Source: Burkholderiales bacterium UBA4615 (GTDB lineage Bacteria > Pseudomonadota > Gammaproteobacteria > Burkholderiales > Burkholderiaceae_E). Taken from it: a DNA stretch of 64,000 nucleotides. Both the position numbers and the translations under genes were made by a program. A model generated the notes under the pieces. It worked only from the letters and a program-made list of their open reading frames with translations. It searched no databases and had not been told where the DNA came from. The DNA lies in NCBI GenBank assembly GCA_002386465.1, contig DGIT01000140.1, positions 89,354 through 153,353 of the forward strand, in the 5' to 3' direction. Shown in pieces: positions 8,995-18,858 of this stretch (within the stretch, counting starts at the first letter, position 1; the number at the start of each line of letters is the position of its first letter).

Positions 8995-9078
8995 TCAGAC
9001 CGGTGCTCAGACCGGTCCTTGAGCCGGTCTTGAAGCCGGTCCTGAAGCCGCTCCTCAGTCCGCTGTTCAGGCAGTTGC
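8995..9078. repeat. Imperfect 12-bp tandem repeat, 7 units
   Basis: Units read directly: TCAGACCGGTGC, TCAGACCGGTCC, TTGAGCCGGTCT, TGAAGCCGGTCC, TGAAGCCGCTCC, TCAGTCCGCTGT, TCAGGCAGTTGC. The last unit contains the stop codon of the minus-strand oxidoreductase. Confidence 0.85.
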
Positions 9079-12000
9079 GGTGCGCCGCACCTCGATCACC
9101 TGCTCGCTCCCGCCCGCCGGCGCCAGCAGGGCCGTGCGCTCATTGGCCACACGCTGCGCATGCGCTTCACGCACATGCCCATAGCCGCGAATCTTGTCGG
9201 GCAACGAGGCCAGTTGGACCGCACGTGCATGGGTCTGGGGATTGAGTTCGGTGAGCACACGCGCGATGTCAGCTTCATAGGTGGTCAGCAAGCCGGCCGC
9301 CAGCGTGCGCTCTGACGAATGACGGAAGGGATCGAGCACGGAGCCACGCAACCCGCGCAGCGGCGCCATCAGCCGGAAAGCGCGCATGAGCCAGGGCCCC
9401 ACTTCGCGTTTGACCAGTTTGCCACTCGCCGGGTCGCGCTTGCCGAAGGGGCCGCCGGCCACATGGAAGTTGAGCGAGTACGGACCCTCGAAGGTGCGCT
9501 CAAGCTCCTGGCGGAATTCCGGTCGCGCATACAGCCGGGCCACTTCCCATTCGTCCTTGTGCGCCATCAGCTTGAACAGTCCGCGGGCTACCGCACGGGC
9601 CAGGGCATCGCCCAGACCGAGTGGCGCTTCGGCTTGCGCAACCTTGCGCACGGTCTGCTCATAGCGCGCGGCATAGGCAGCGTTCTGATAATCGGTCAGG
9701 AACGCCACGCGGGTGGCGATCAGTTCGTCGAGCGAGGCCGACTTGCGTGGATCAAAGCGAATGACCTGCGCGGTGGACGGGCCCGCACCCACTGCGATCT
9801 TTTCGACTGCGGCCAGATCGTGCGCGGCGCGGCGCCCCCACAGGAAAGCGCGGCGGTTCTGTTCAATCGCCACACCGTTCAGTTCGATCGCACGATCGAT
9901 GGCGGCGTGCGTGAGCGGCACCAGTCCTTTTTGCCAGGCTGCACCCAGCAGCAGCATGTTCGCCGTGATCGAGTCGCCCATCAGTGCGGCCGACAGGCGC
10001 AGCGCCTCCATCGCCAGTCCCCGTTCACCGAACACGCCGGCCAGGCGCGCAGCCAGCCGGTCGGCATCCGGGTTCCAGTCGGGATTGCGCGAAAACTCCG
10101 AGGTGGGGACCATGTCGGTGCACACCACGCCGCCGCTGCCCGCCTTGAGCTTGGCGACGGTGTCATCGCCTGCAGAAACGATCAGGTCGCATCCGATCAG
10201 CGCATCGCATTCACCGTCGGCCACGCGCGTGGCATGCAGCATGGCCGGATCCGGTGCGAACTTCACATGCGAGAGCACAGCGCCATATTTTTGCGCCAGC
10301 CCGGTCACATCCAGGTTGGAGCTGTAGAGCCCCTCCAGGTGCGCGGCTACGGCCAGGGTCTGACCGATGGTGACCACGCCCGTACCCCCAATGCCCGCCA
10401 CCAGCAGACTGAACGCGCGCGTCGGTGCGGCGATATGCGGTTCGGGCAGGCTGGCAAAAACCGCCTCGCCAGCTGCGAGCGCCGCGGCTCGCGGGTCGGC
10501 GGGCGTGCTCGACGCGGCACCTGATTTGCGCAGCTTGCCGCCCGTGACCGTCACAAAGCTGGGGCAAAAGCCCTCGGTGCAGGAGTAGTCCTTGTTGCAG
10601 CTGGACTGATTGATCTTGCGCTTGCGGCCGAACTCGGTTTCAAGCGGCTCGATCGACATGCAATTCGTGATGGTGCCGCAGTCGCCGCAGCCTTCGCACA
10701 CCGCGCTGTTGATGAACACGCGCTTGTCGGGGTCGGTCCATTTGCCGCGCTTGCGCAGGCGCCTGCGCTCGGTGGCACAGGGCTGGTCATAGACGATGAC
10801 CGACACATCGGGATACTCGCGAAACTGCCGCTGCACCGCGTCGAGCTCGGAGCGGTGATGCACGGTCACGCCTTCGGGAAAACGCGTGCCCTGCCACTTG
10901 GCCGGATCGTCGCTCACCAGCGCAATTTTCTTCACGCCTTCGCCGGCCAGTTCGGTGATCGTGCCGGGGATGGACAGCTCGCCATCAATCGGCTGCCCCC
11001 CGGTCATCGACACAAAACCGTTGTGCAGCAGCTTGTAGGTGATTGGCACATGCGCGGCCACCGCTTGTCTGAGGGCCAGAAACCCTGAGTGAAAGTAGGT
11101 GCCGTCGCCCATGTTGGCGAACACATGCTTTTCGGTCGTAAAGGGCTGTTGGCCCAGCCACATTGCGCCCTCCCCGCCCATGTGCGAGACCGTGGTGGTC
11201 TTGGTCGGGTCGAGGAACATCGCCATGGTGTGGCAACCGATCCCGGCCAAGGCACGGCTGCCATCGGGCACCTTGGTGGAGCGACCATGCGGGCAACCCG
11301 AGCAAAAGCTCGGGGCGCGCAGCGGCGCACTCAGGCCGGGCTGCGTGGCCACGGGAAGACTGGGCAGCGCAACCGGACAGGCTTCACCGCGATTTGCTGC
11401 GCGCTCACCAAGCACGCCCGCCACGACCATGGCGACCAGCGAAGGATTGATCTCGCCGGCATTCGGAAACACCGCCTCACCGCGCTCCGGACTCAGGTAA
11501 TGCCCGGCCGCATGCTTGCCGATGATCGCGGGCGCCTGCTCGGTGCCATAGAGCACAGCGCGAATCTGATCCTCGAGCAGCGGGCGCTTTTCCTCGACCA
11601 CCACGATGGTGGCCAGACCGCGCGCAAACGTGCGCACGACCTCGGCTTCGATCGGCCAGACCAGCCCCATCTTCAGGGTGCGAATGCCCAGCGCCCGCAG
11701 ACGTGCTTCATCCAGCCCCAGGCTGGCAAAGGCTTGCTGCACATCCTGCCAGGCCTTGCCAGCTGACACGATGCCAATCTGTGCGCCCTGGCCCGCCCCG
11801 CCGATGCGATTGAGCTGATTGGCCCGCGCATAGGCCAGTACCCGGTGAATCTTGTGGTGGTAGAGACGGTCTTCCTGCGGCAAGGCCGAATCGTAGGAGC
11901 GCGTGTGCACGCCGCCTGCGATCTCGATGGGCTCGTCGGGCACGACGATCTGCGGCGAATCGGGGGCGACATACACCGAGCCCCCGCCCTCCACCACATC

Positions 12001-12627
12001 GGTCACCACCTTCATCGCCGACCAGCAGCCCGAATACCGGCTCATGGCAATGCCATGCAAGCCGAAGTCGAGCAGTTCCTGGGCATTGCTCGGATAGAGC
12101 AGCGGGATGGCGGCCGCCACGAAATTCAGATCCGAGTAATTCGCGACCGTGGACGATTTGGCGCCGTGGTCATCGCCCGCCAGCGCCAGCACGCCGCCGT
12201 TGATCGAGGTGCCTGCCAGATTGGCATGCCGGAACGGGTCGCCCGAGCGGTCCACGCCAGGCCCTTTGCCGTACCAGATACCAAAGACTCCATCGACCGT
12301 CGCGCCAGGAAACACGCCGACATACTGCGCACCCCAGATGGCCGTGGCCGCAAGGTCTTCATTCACGCCAGGGCGAAACACCACCTTGTGCCGATTGAGC
12401 ACGTCCTGCGCGCCCCACAGTTCGATGTCGTAGCGCCCAAGCGGCGAACCCCGATATCCGGAGATGTAGCCGCCCGTGTTGAGGCCGGCCGCGACATCGC
12501 GCAATCGCTGCTGAATGGGCAGGCGCACGAGTGCCTGGATGCCGGTCAGGTACAGCCAGCCCTGCTCGGCGGTGTAGCGTTCGTTCAGGCTGCCGACCAG
12601 CCGCATGCCTTCGGTGGGCGCATTCAT
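9067..12627 (-). CDS. Indolepyruvate:ferredoxin oxidoreductase family protein (fused alpha/beta, about 1186 aa)
   Basis: TPP-enzyme N-terminus (YLTGIQALVRLPIQQRLRD...GYRGSPLG), the 4Fe-4S cluster motif CEGCGDCG and a C-terminal IorB-like domain. ATG 12627 is preceded by AAGAGGA. Confidence 0.88.
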   Translation of the reverse strand: MNAPTEGMRLVGSLNERYTAEQGWLYLTGIQALVRLPIQQRLRDVAAGLNTGGYISGYRGSPLGRYDIELWGAQDVLNRHKVVFRPGVNEDLAATAIWGAQYVGVFPGATVDGVFGIWYGKGPGVDRSGDPFRHANLAGTSINGGVLALAGDDHGAKSSTVANYSDLNFVAAAIPLLYPSNAQELLDFGLHGIAMSRYSGCWSAMKVVTDVVEGGGSVYVAPDSPQIVVPDEPIEIAGGVHTRSYDSALPQEDRLYHHKIHRVLAYARANQLNRIGGAGQGAQIGIVSAGKAWQDVQQAFASLGLDEARLRALGIRTLKMGLVWPIEAEVVRTFARGLATIVVVEEKRPLLEDQIRAVLYGTEQAPAIIGKHAAGHYLSPERGEAVFPNAGEINPSLVAMVVAGVLGERAANRGEACPVALPSLPVATQPGLSAPLRAPSFCSGCPHGRSTKVPDGSRALAGIGCHTMAMFLDPTKTTTVSHMGGEGAMWLGQQPFTTEKHVFANMGDGTYFHSGFLALRQAVAAHVPITYKLLHNGFVSMTGGQPIDGELSIPGTITELAGEGVKKIALVSDDPAKWQGTRFPEGVTVHHRSELDAVQRQFREYPDVSVIVYDQPCATERRRLRKRGKWTDPDKRVFINSAVCEGCGDCGTITNCMSIEPLETEFGRKRKINQSSCNKDYSCTEGFCPSFVTVTGGKLRKSGAASSTPADPRAAALAAGEAVFASLPEPHIAAPTRAFSLLVAGIGGTGVVTIGQTLAVAAHLEGLYSSNLDVTGLAQKYGAVLSHVKFAPDPAMLHATRVADGECDALIGCDLIVSAGDDTVAKLKAGSGGVVCTDMVPTSEFSRNPDWNPDADRLAARLAGVFGERGLAMEALRLSAALMGDSITANMLLLGAAWQKGLVPLTHAAIDRAIELNGVAIEQNRRAFLWGRRAAHDLAAVEKIAVGAGPSTAQVIRFDPRKSASLDELIATRVAFLTDYQNAAYAARYEQTVRKVAQAEAPLGLGDALARAVARGLFKLMAHKDEWEVARLYARPEFRQELERTFEGPYSLNFHVAGGPFGKRDPASGKLVKREVGPWLMRAFRLMAPLRGLRGSVLDPFRHSSERTLAAGLLTTYEADIARVLTELNPQTHARAVQLASLPDKIRGYGHVREAHAQRVANERTALLAPAGGSEQVIEVRRTATA

Positions 12628-12812
12628 GACGGATCCTCTTGAGTGCCGGTCGGGGTGCGGCCCCGACGCCGTCTGAAGCGAGTGTAACGTGGCGCTCACA
12701 TCGCGATCGGTCAGGCTTGAGGCCTTTGACGTGAATCAATGCCCGCAGTGGGCATCGCCAGACAATTCCGGTTGTCGCGCCCACAGCGCGCGCCGCCCAC
12801 TGGAGTCCTCGC

Positions 12813-13424
12813 ATGTCATGGCACACACCTTTCCGCAGCGCCCCTCCCCCCACGCCGGATCATCGGTCGGCTGACAAGCAGGCTACGCCCTCCGGCGATC
12901 CGCAATCGGCGGCGCGGGCAGTTCCTGCCACAGTGCTGCGGGCGGCCCGCCCGGTCGATCCTGGTAGATCTGCGCAAGTTCGGGCCCGTACAGTCAGGCT
13001 GGGTCGCGCAGCCCTGGGCGCAGCAGCAACGATGCTGTGGAGCGCGGCCTTGCAGGCCCAGACACTGTCTCCGATCGAGATGGGCAAGCGCGAATACCAG
13101 TCCGCCTGTGCCAGTTGCCACGGGATCGATGGGCGCGGCGATGGCCCGATGCGACCCTTTCTGAGTCGCCCGCCTGCCGATCTCACGACCCTGGCCGCAC
13201 GCCACGGTGGCAGCTTCCCCAAATCGCTGATTGCCGATCTGATCGATGGTCGCGGCGTGGAGGGGCCCGGGCCGCACGGCAGTCGCGACATGCCGATCTG
13301 GGGCCAGGTCTATCGCGAGGAGTCCGACTGGCGGCTGCGCGGCGTGCCCTTCCCCGCGGAATGGAGTGTGCGCGGGCGCATCCTGTCGCTGGTGGAGTAT
13401 CTGGGCACGCTGCAGCGCTATTGA
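12813..13424 (+). CDS. c-type cytochrome (class I), start uncertain
   Basis: CASCHG haem motif and a likely Met ligand in SRDMPIWG. A signal-like segment RLGRAALGAAATMLWSAALQA is present. The long Pro/Ala/Arg-rich N-terminus suggests the real start may be the internal GTG (..ATVLRAAR..). Confidence 0.65.
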   Translation: MSWHTPFRSAPPPTPDHRSADKQATPSGDPQSAARAVPATVLRAARPVDPGRSAQVRARTVRLGRAALGAAATMLWSAALQAQTLSPIEMGKREYQSACASCHGIDGRGDGPMRPFLSRPPADLTTLAARHGGSFPKSLIADLIDGRGVEGPGPHGSRDMPIWGQVYREESDWRLRGVPFPAEWSVRGRILSLVEYLGTLQRY

Positions 13425-13541
13425 GCCCAAGCGCTTGAATGAAACCGGCTTGCGCAGCCGGTGGGTCGCCCTGGGCTAAGCTTGCGCGCCACGGTGCACC
13501 ACGCACCGATCGACCAAGCAACACCGACAGGGAGACAAGAC

Positions 13542-14351
13542 ATGAAACTCGCGCAACGCGTGATCGTGATCACGGGCGCAGGCAGCGGCATTGGCCGTGC
13601 GCTCGCCAAACGCTTCGCTGCGGAACAGCCCGCAGGCCTGGTCCTGACCGATCTGCCTGGCCAGCAGGCAGGGCTGGATGCCGCATGCGCCGATGCGCTG
13701 TCAGTCATGCCAGACGTGCCGGTGCTGGTGCATGCCTGTGATGTGGGGGTCGAAGCCCAAGTGCAGGCGCTGGTCGAAGCGGCCCAGGCGCGGTTTGGTC
13801 GCATTGACGTGTTCTGCTCAAACGCTGGCCTGATTCGCGATGGCGATGAAAACACCCGCGATGGCGACTGGACGCTCAACTGGCAGGTCCATGTGATGGC
13901 CCATGTGTATGCAGCGCGTGCGGTTGTGCCGCAGATGCGCGCTCGCGGCGAGGGCTATCTGATGAACACAGCCTCGGCCGCGGGTCTGCTCACCTCACTG
14001 CCCTCGGCCAGCTATGCGGTCAGCAAACATGCTGCGATTGCGCTGGCCGAGTGGCTCGCGATCCAGCATGGCGATGCCGGAGTGCGCGTCTCGGTGCTGT
14101 GCCCGCAGGCCGTGGACACGCCGATGATTGCAGGCCGAGCAGGTTCGGCAGCCGCTCGCAACGACGGGGTGATCTCGGCAGACGATCTGGCCAGTGTGGT
14201 GGTCGAAGGGATGGACAAGGAGACCTTCCTCATCCTGCCGCACCCTCAGGTGCTGGAGTACCACCAGCGCAAAGCCGGCGATTACGACCGCTGGCTGGGT
14301 GGCATGCGACGCTTTGCCACCAAGGTCGGCGGCAAACCGAAGGTGGGCTGA
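13542..14351 (+). CDS. SDR family oxidoreductase
   Basis: Rossmann motif VITGAGSGIGRALA, NAG motif (CSNAGL) and catalytic YAVSK. ATG 13542 follows GGGAGA. Confidence 0.88.
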   Translation: MKLAQRVIVITGAGSGIGRALAKRFAAEQPAGLVLTDLPGQQAGLDAACADALSVMPDVPVLVHACDVGVEAQVQALVEAAQARFGRIDVFCSNAGLIRDGDENTRDGDWTLNWQVHVMAHVYAARAVVPQMRARGEGYLMNTASAAGLLTSLPSASYAVSKHAAIALAEWLAIQHGDAGVRVSVLCPQAVDTPMIAGRAGSAAARNDGVISADDLASVVVEGMDKETFLILPHPQVLEYHQRKAGDYDRWLGGMRRFATKVGGKPKVG

Positions 14352-14409
14352 TCCGGGGATGGACTGAATCGGAATTGGGCTGAACGTCTGGGCTGAACAC
14401 CTGAGCTGA
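14345..14409. repeat. Five copies of GGGCTGA-like heptamer at 13-16 nt spacing, first copy = SDR stop codon
   Basis: GGGCTGA at 14345 (contains the stop TGA at 14349-14351), GGACTGA at 14361, GGGCTGA at 14377, GGGCTGA at 14390, GAGCTGA at 14403. The hairpin GGCGGG-ggcga-CCCGCC at 14417-14433 follows. Confidence 0.75.
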
Positions 14410-14488
14410 GCACGAGGCGGGGGCGACCCGCCTGATACACCGCCTGGAAATCGCCGGTTCGAGGGCGCAGACGACCTGGCCGCTTTTT

Positions 14489-15298
14489 TTACCGAGGATC
14501 GGCGCCTTCAGTAGGCGCCGCCGCCGCGGCTTCGTCCGGCGCCTTGCTGTGCGCCGTGATGAACCCCGACATCCAGATGCCCAGCTCGTACAAAAGCAGC
14601 AGCGGGATGGCGAGCATGAATTGCGACAGGACATCAGGCGGCGTGAGTACCGCGGCAACCACGAATGCCCCGACGATGACATAGCGGCGCGCCTCACGCA
14701 GCTGCTGCGTGGTGACCATGCCGAGCTTGACCAGCAGCATCTCGACGACCGGCACCTCGAAGGTCAGGCCGAAGCCGAAGAAGATGGCCAGGGTGAAGTC
14801 CCAGTATTTCTGCAGATCCTGCAGGGTTTCAGCGCCGGTTTGCGCGGAAAACGAGATGAAGAACTTGTAGGCCGCCGGCAGCACGAAGAAATAGGCGAAC
14901 GCAATGCCCACGCACAGGAAAAAGACGCTGGAGACGATCAGTGGCAGCGCAAAGCGCTTTTCGTGTTCATAGAGCCCGGGCGACACGAAGGCCCAGGCCT
15001 GATACAGCACCCAGGGTAACGCGGCCAACAGCGCCGTGAGAAACGCCACCTTGGTGAGCGTGAAAAAAGCTCCGGCCTGGTCGGTGAAAATCGGTTTGCT
15101 GCCGGCCGGCAGTGCCTGGTACAGCGGCTGCGACAGAAACTTCATGATGTCGCCGCTGAAGTAGAAGCACACGCCGAACAGAACCAGAACGACCAGCAAT
15201 GACTTGATCATGCGGTCGCGCAATTCCACCAGGTGCGAGAGGAAGTTCTCGTCCTGGGCCGCCTCCTGGGCGGGTTTGTTGCGGTTGAACAGCTTCAT
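14489..15298 (-). CDS. tatC: Twin-arginine translocase subunit TatC
   Basis: FLSHLVELRDRMIKSLL and six TM segments are present, and PPDVLSQ is conserved. It follows tatA and tatB. Confidence 0.93.
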   Translation of the reverse strand: MKLFNRNKPAQEAAQDENFLSHLVELRDRMIKSLLVVLVLFGVCFYFSGDIMKFLSQPLYQALPAGSKPIFTDQAGAFFTLTKVAFLTALLAALPWVLYQAWAFVSPGLYEHEKRFALPLIVSSVFFLCVGIAFAYFFVLPAAYKFFISFSAQTGAETLQDLQKYWDFTLAIFFGFGLTFEVPVVEMLLVKLGMVTTQQLREARRYVIVGAFVVAAVLTPPDVLSQFMLAIPLLLLYELGIWMSGFITAHSKAPDEAAAAAPTEGADPR

Positions 15299-15313
15299 GA
15301 GGGACGGTGCGGG

Positions 15314-15739
15314 TCAGCGGTGCAAAGGGCGACGCGGGCGCTTCAGACCGAGGTCTTTTTCGCGCTCGATGCGACGTTCCTTGATGCGGTCGCGGGTACG
15401 GCGAAGCGCGTAGATGCGGTCCCAGTCGGTCATGGGAGGCGGGGCGTTGCCCTCCAGCGCCTGCTGCACCTCATCGAACTGAGACTGGGTCGAGGAGACC
15501 GTGTCGTTCACGGCGGTCTGGATGTCGCGCGCGGCGTCGGTCACCTGATCCTTGATATTGCGCAGTTCGGAGAGCTCCATCTGCCGATTGATGTCGGACT
15601 TCACGTCGTCGACATAGCGGCGCAACTTGCCCATCCACTGGCCCACCTGACGCGAGACCTTGGGCAGTCGCTCGGGGCCGAGCACCACCAGTGCCACGAC
15701 CGCCAGGACCACCATCTCGGAAAAGCCGATGTCGAACAT
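15314..15739 (-). CDS. tatB: Twin-arginine translocase subunit TatB
   Basis: MFDIGFSEMVVLAVVALVVLGPERLPKVSRQVGQWMGKLRRYV is the canonical TatB N-terminus. Confidence 0.92.
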   Translation of the reverse strand: MFDIGFSEMVVLAVVALVVLGPERLPKVSRQVGQWMGKLRRYVDDVKSDINRQMELSELRNIKDQVTDAARDIQTAVNDTVSSTQSQFDEVQQALEGNAPPPMTDWDRIYALRRTRDRIKERRIEREKDLGLKRPRRPLHR

Positions 15740-15822
15740 GTGCTGGGAGCGAGGGCCTTGGAGGACAGGACAGGCGGGTCAGGAGAAACAGTGACGGAGC
15801 GCGGCGGGCAGGCGGTGCAGTC

Positions 15823-15852
15823 AAAAAGAAACGAGCGGCGCTGGGCCGCTCG
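15823..15852 (-). terminator. Canonical intrinsic terminator inside the tatA-tatB spacer
   Basis: Minus strand: CGAGCGGC-ccagc-GCCGCTCG followed by TTTCTTTTT. This is an 8-bp GC-rich stem, a 5-nt loop and a U-tract. Confidence 0.75.
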
Positions 15853-15911
15853 CATCCGATGGCCTCTTGCGGCGCCCCGGAACACCAGGCGGCCGCAAGC
15901 CAGACGCGGCC

Positions 15912-16118
15912 TCAGGACTTGCGCTGGACCTCGACGTCGATGGTTTTCTTGGCGGCGTCTGCACCAGGGGCTTCCGCAGAACCCTCCTTGATGCCTTCCT
16001 TGAACCCCTTGACGGCGCCACCCAGGTCGGAACCCATGTTGCGCAGCTTCTTGGTGCCGAAGACCATCATGATGATCACCAGCACGATCAGCCAATGCCA
16101 AATGCTCAATGAACCCAT
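15912..16118 (-). CDS. tatA: Twin-arginine translocase subunit TatA
   Basis: [42 protein letters not shown] is the canonical TatA/E sequence. Confidence 0.93.
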   Translation of the reverse strand: MGSLSIWHWLIVLVIIMMVFGTKKLRNMGSDLGGAVKGFKEGIKEGSAEAPGADAAKKTIDVEVQRKS

Positions 16119-16133
16119 GGCGATACTCCTTGG

Positions 16134-16487
16134 TCAGGCGCCCGGCCATCCCGGTTTGAGGGGTTCCGGACCGCCCAGAATGTGGATGTGGAGATGATAC
16201 ACCTCCTGCCGACCGATTCTGCCGGTGTTCACAATCGTGCGAAAACCGTCGGTCAGGCCCTCCTGTCGGGCCAGCTGACCAGCCATGCCTAGCATCTTGC
16301 CCAGGACAGCCTGATGGGAGCCGTCGGCGTCGTAGAGCGTTTCAATGTGCACTTTCGGGATGATCAGAAAGTGCACCGGCGCTGCCGGCCGAATGTCATG
16401 GAAGGCGAGGATGTCGTCGTCTTCATGGACCTTGCGGCTGGGGATTTCACCGCGCACGAGGCGGCAGAAAATACAGTCGTGACTCAT
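16134..16487 (-). CDS. HIT-family (histidine triad) nucleotide-binding protein
   Basis: Histidine triad HLHIHILGG and [12 protein letters not shown] near the N-terminus. Its start overlaps the hisE stop by 4 nt. Confidence 0.9.
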   Translation of the reverse strand: MSHDCIFCRLVRGEIPSRKVHEDDDILAFHDIRPAAPVHFLIIPKVHIETLYDADGSHQAVLGKMLGMAGQLARQEGLTDGFRTIVNTGRIGRQEVYHLHIHILGGPEPLKPGWPGA

Positions 16488-16885
16488 GAACCCTCCTTCG
16501 GGGCAATGGCGGCCGGGGTCGCTGAGGCTGACTCAGGCGCCTTGGGGGCTGCAGCCGAAGGGGTCCGGCGCGCCTTCTCCTCCAGACCGGACAGACCTTC
16601 GCGGCGGGCCAGCTCGGCCAGCACATCGGCATGCGACAGCCCGTAGTGGGTCAGCATGACCAGCGTGTGGAACCACAGGTCGGCGGTTTCGGCCACGATA
16701 TGGGCCCGGTCGCCATCCTTGGCCGCCATGATGGTCTCGGTGGCTTCCTCGCCGATTTTCTTGAGGATGGCGTCTTCGCCCTTGTGCAGCAAGCGGGCGA
16801 CATAGGAGCGCTCGGGATCGCCGCCGCGGCGACTGGCCACGGTGTCGGCCACACGGCCCAGGATGTCATCGGAAGAATTGCTCAT
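16484..16885 (-). CDS. hisE: Phosphoribosyl-ATP pyrophosphatase
   Basis: [33 protein letters not shown]...[13 protein letters not shown] is the HisE signature. It sits at the end of the his operon. Confidence 0.9.
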   Translation of the reverse strand: MSNSSDDILGRVADTVASRRGGDPERSYVARLLHKGEDAILKKIGEEATETIMAAKDGDRAHIVAETADLWFHTLVMLTHYGLSHADVLAELARREGLSGLEEKARRTPSAAAPKAPESASATPAAIAPKEGS

Positions 16886-16894
16886 GCGCCGGGC

Positions 16895-17284
16895 TCAGGA
16901 ATAGATCGCGGACGGGTCGCGAAGGACCGGGTCGACCGTGACCCACTGTCCGTCCTGCAGGCGGCTGTAAAAGCAGGAGTGCCGCCCGGTGTGACAGGCA
17001 ATGCCCCCGGCTTGCTCGACCATCAGCACGATTGCGTCGCCGTCGCAGTCAAGTCGAATTTCCTGAACCGCCTGCGTGTGGCCGGACTCCTCGCCCTTGC
17101 GCCATAAACGCTGGCGTGAGCGGGACCAGTAGATGGCGCGCCCGGTGGCGGCGGTTTGCTCAAGGGCCTCGCGGTTCATCCAGGCGACCATGAGAACGCG
17201 CCCGCTAGATGCCTCCTGAGCCACCGCAGCCACGAGCCCTGCCGTGTCCCATTTGACCGCTTCGAGCCAGTCGGCGGCGCTCAT
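16895..17284 (-). CDS. hisI: Phosphoribosyl-AMP cyclohydrolase
   Basis: [25 protein letters not shown]...[20 protein letters not shown]...DCDGD...[12 protein letters not shown] 17284 overlaps the hisF stop (ATGA). The longer upstream ORF was discarded. Confidence 0.9.
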   Translation of the reverse strand: MSAADWLEAVKWDTAGLVAAVAQEASSGRVLMVAWMNREALEQTAATGRAIYWSRSRQRLWRKGEESGHTQAVQEIRLDCDGDAIVLMVEQAGGIACHTGRHSCFYSRLQDGQWVTVDPVLRDPSAIYS

Positions 17285-18042
17285 TGCAGCCTCATGGCAA
17301 TGCCCTGGTCGGCCAGGTGCTGCTTGGCCTGTCCTACGGTGAACTCGCCGAAGTGAAAGATGCTGGCGGCAAGCACCGCGTCGGCATGGCCCTGAGTGAC
17401 GCCGTCGGCCAGATGCTGCAGCGTGCCGACCCCGCCCGAGGCGATGACCGGAATGCCCACTGCATCTGACACGGCGCGCGTGACGCCCAGATCGAAGCCC
17501 TCGCGGGTGCCGTCGCGATCCATGCTGGTGAGCAGGATTTCGCCCGCTCCCAGACGCTCGACCTCGCGGGCCCACTCGATGGCATCACGGCCGGTGGCAT
17601 TTCGCCCGCCATGCGTGAAGACTTCCCAGCGGCCTGGCGCGACCTGCTTGGCATCGATGGCACACACAATGCACTGGGCACCGAAATAGGACGAGGCCTC
17701 GGCGATCAGCGCCGGGTTTTGCAGCCCTGCAGTATTGATGGAAACCTTGTCGGCGCCGGCATTGAGCAGTCGGCGCACATCGGCCACGCTGCGCACCCCA
17801 CCGCCTACCGTCAGCGGAATGAAGACTTCGGCCGCCACCGCTTCAATGACATGCAGGATGATGTCACGCGCGTCACTGGAGGCGGTGATATCCAGAAACG
17901 TGAGCTCGTCGGCGCCTTCGCGGTCGTAGCGGCGGGCAATTTCGACCGGGTCGCCGGCATCGCGCAAACCCAGAAATTTCACGCCCTTGACGACCCGACC
18001 GGCGGTGACGTCCAGGCAGGGAATGATCCGCCGCGTGAGCAT
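17281..18042 (-). CDS. hisF: Imidazole glycerol phosphate synthase cyclase subunit
   Basis: [21 protein letters not shown]...[11 protein letters not shown]...ASGGVG is canonical HisF. Confidence 0.95.
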   Translation of the reverse strand: MLTRRIIPCLDVTAGRVVKGVKFLGLRDAGDPVEIARRYDREGADELTFLDITASSDARDIILHVIEAVAAEVFIPLTVGGGVRSVADVRRLLNAGADKVSINTAGLQNPALIAEASSYFGAQCIVCAIDAKQVAPGRWEVFTHGGRNATGRDAIEWAREVERLGAGEILLTSMDRDGTREGFDLGVTRAVSDAVGIPVIASGGVGTLQHLADGVTQGHADAVLAASIFHFGEFTVGQAKQHLADQGIAMRLQ

Positions 18043-18788
18043 CAGGCCTCGCCGCCCAGGGCGTCGGCGCGGGCCTGCGCTTCGGAAAAGTCCAGCGTGC
18101 CTTCATAGATGGCACGCCCGACGATGGCTGCTTCGATGCCCTCGTGCTCGACTTCGCACAGGCGCTCAACATCCTGCAGGCTGGTGACGCCGCCCGAGGC
18201 AATGACCGGGACAGTGAGCCCCTGAGCCAGGCGCACCGTGGCCTCGATGTTCACCCCACCCAGCATGCCGTCACGGCCGATGTCGGTGTAGATGACCGCC
18301 TCGACGCCATAGCCTTCAAATTTGCGGCCTAGGTCGAGCACATCATGGCCGGTGAGCTTGCTCCAGCCGTCGGTGGCCACCTTGCCGTCGCGCGCATCGA
18401 GTCCGACGATGACCTGACCGGGGAACGCGCCACAGGCATCGTGCAGAAAGCCGGGGTTCTTGACCGCGGCTGTTCCGATGATCACGTAGGCGATGCCGCT
18501 GTCCAGGTACCGCTCAATGGTGTCGAGGTCGCGGATACCGCCGCCGATCTGCACCGGAATGCGCGAACCGACTTCATTGACGATGGCCTTGATCGCCGAC
18601 TCATTGCGGGGCTTACCGGCGAACGCGCCGTTCAGGTCGACCAGGTGCAGGCGGCGTGCGCCCAGTTCGAGCCACTTGCGGGCCATGGCCGCCGGGTCGT
18701 CGGAAAACACGGTGGCGTCGTTCATGTCGCCCTGACGGAGGCGGACACAACGGCCATCCTTGAGGTCGATGGCGGGGATCAGCAGCAT
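18042..18788 (-). CDS. hisA: 1-(5-phosphoribosyl)-5-[(5-phosphoribosylamino)methylideneamino]imidazole-4-carboxamide isomerase
   Basis: [22 protein letters not shown]...LHLVDLNGA...IQIGGGIR...ASGGV. Start set at ATG 18788; the ORF-track start at 19025 was rejected. Confidence 0.93.
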   Translation of the reverse strand: MLLIPAIDLKDGRCVRLRQGDMNDATVFSDDPAAMARKWLELGARRLHLVDLNGAFAGKPRNESAIKAIVNEVGSRIPVQIGGGIRDLDTIERYLDSGIAYVIIGTAAVKNPGFLHDACGAFPGQVIVGLDARDGKVATDGWSKLTGHDVLDLGRKFEGYGVEAVIYTDIGRDGMLGGVNIEATVRLAQGLTVPVIASGGVTSLQDVERLCEVEHEGIEAAIVGRAIYEGTLDFSEAQARADALGGEA

Positions 18789-18858
18789 GGGGAGGAGGGG
18801 TGCAAGGGGCAGGCGTGGCGCCGTAGGCAGGACGGGTCCGAACTGAGTGCGGTTCGGG

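Noticed and set aside
8995-9078. CRISPR array
   Set aside because: The units are only 12 bp and directly adjacent, with no spacers. No cas genes occur anywhere in the window. It is reported as a tandem repeat instead.
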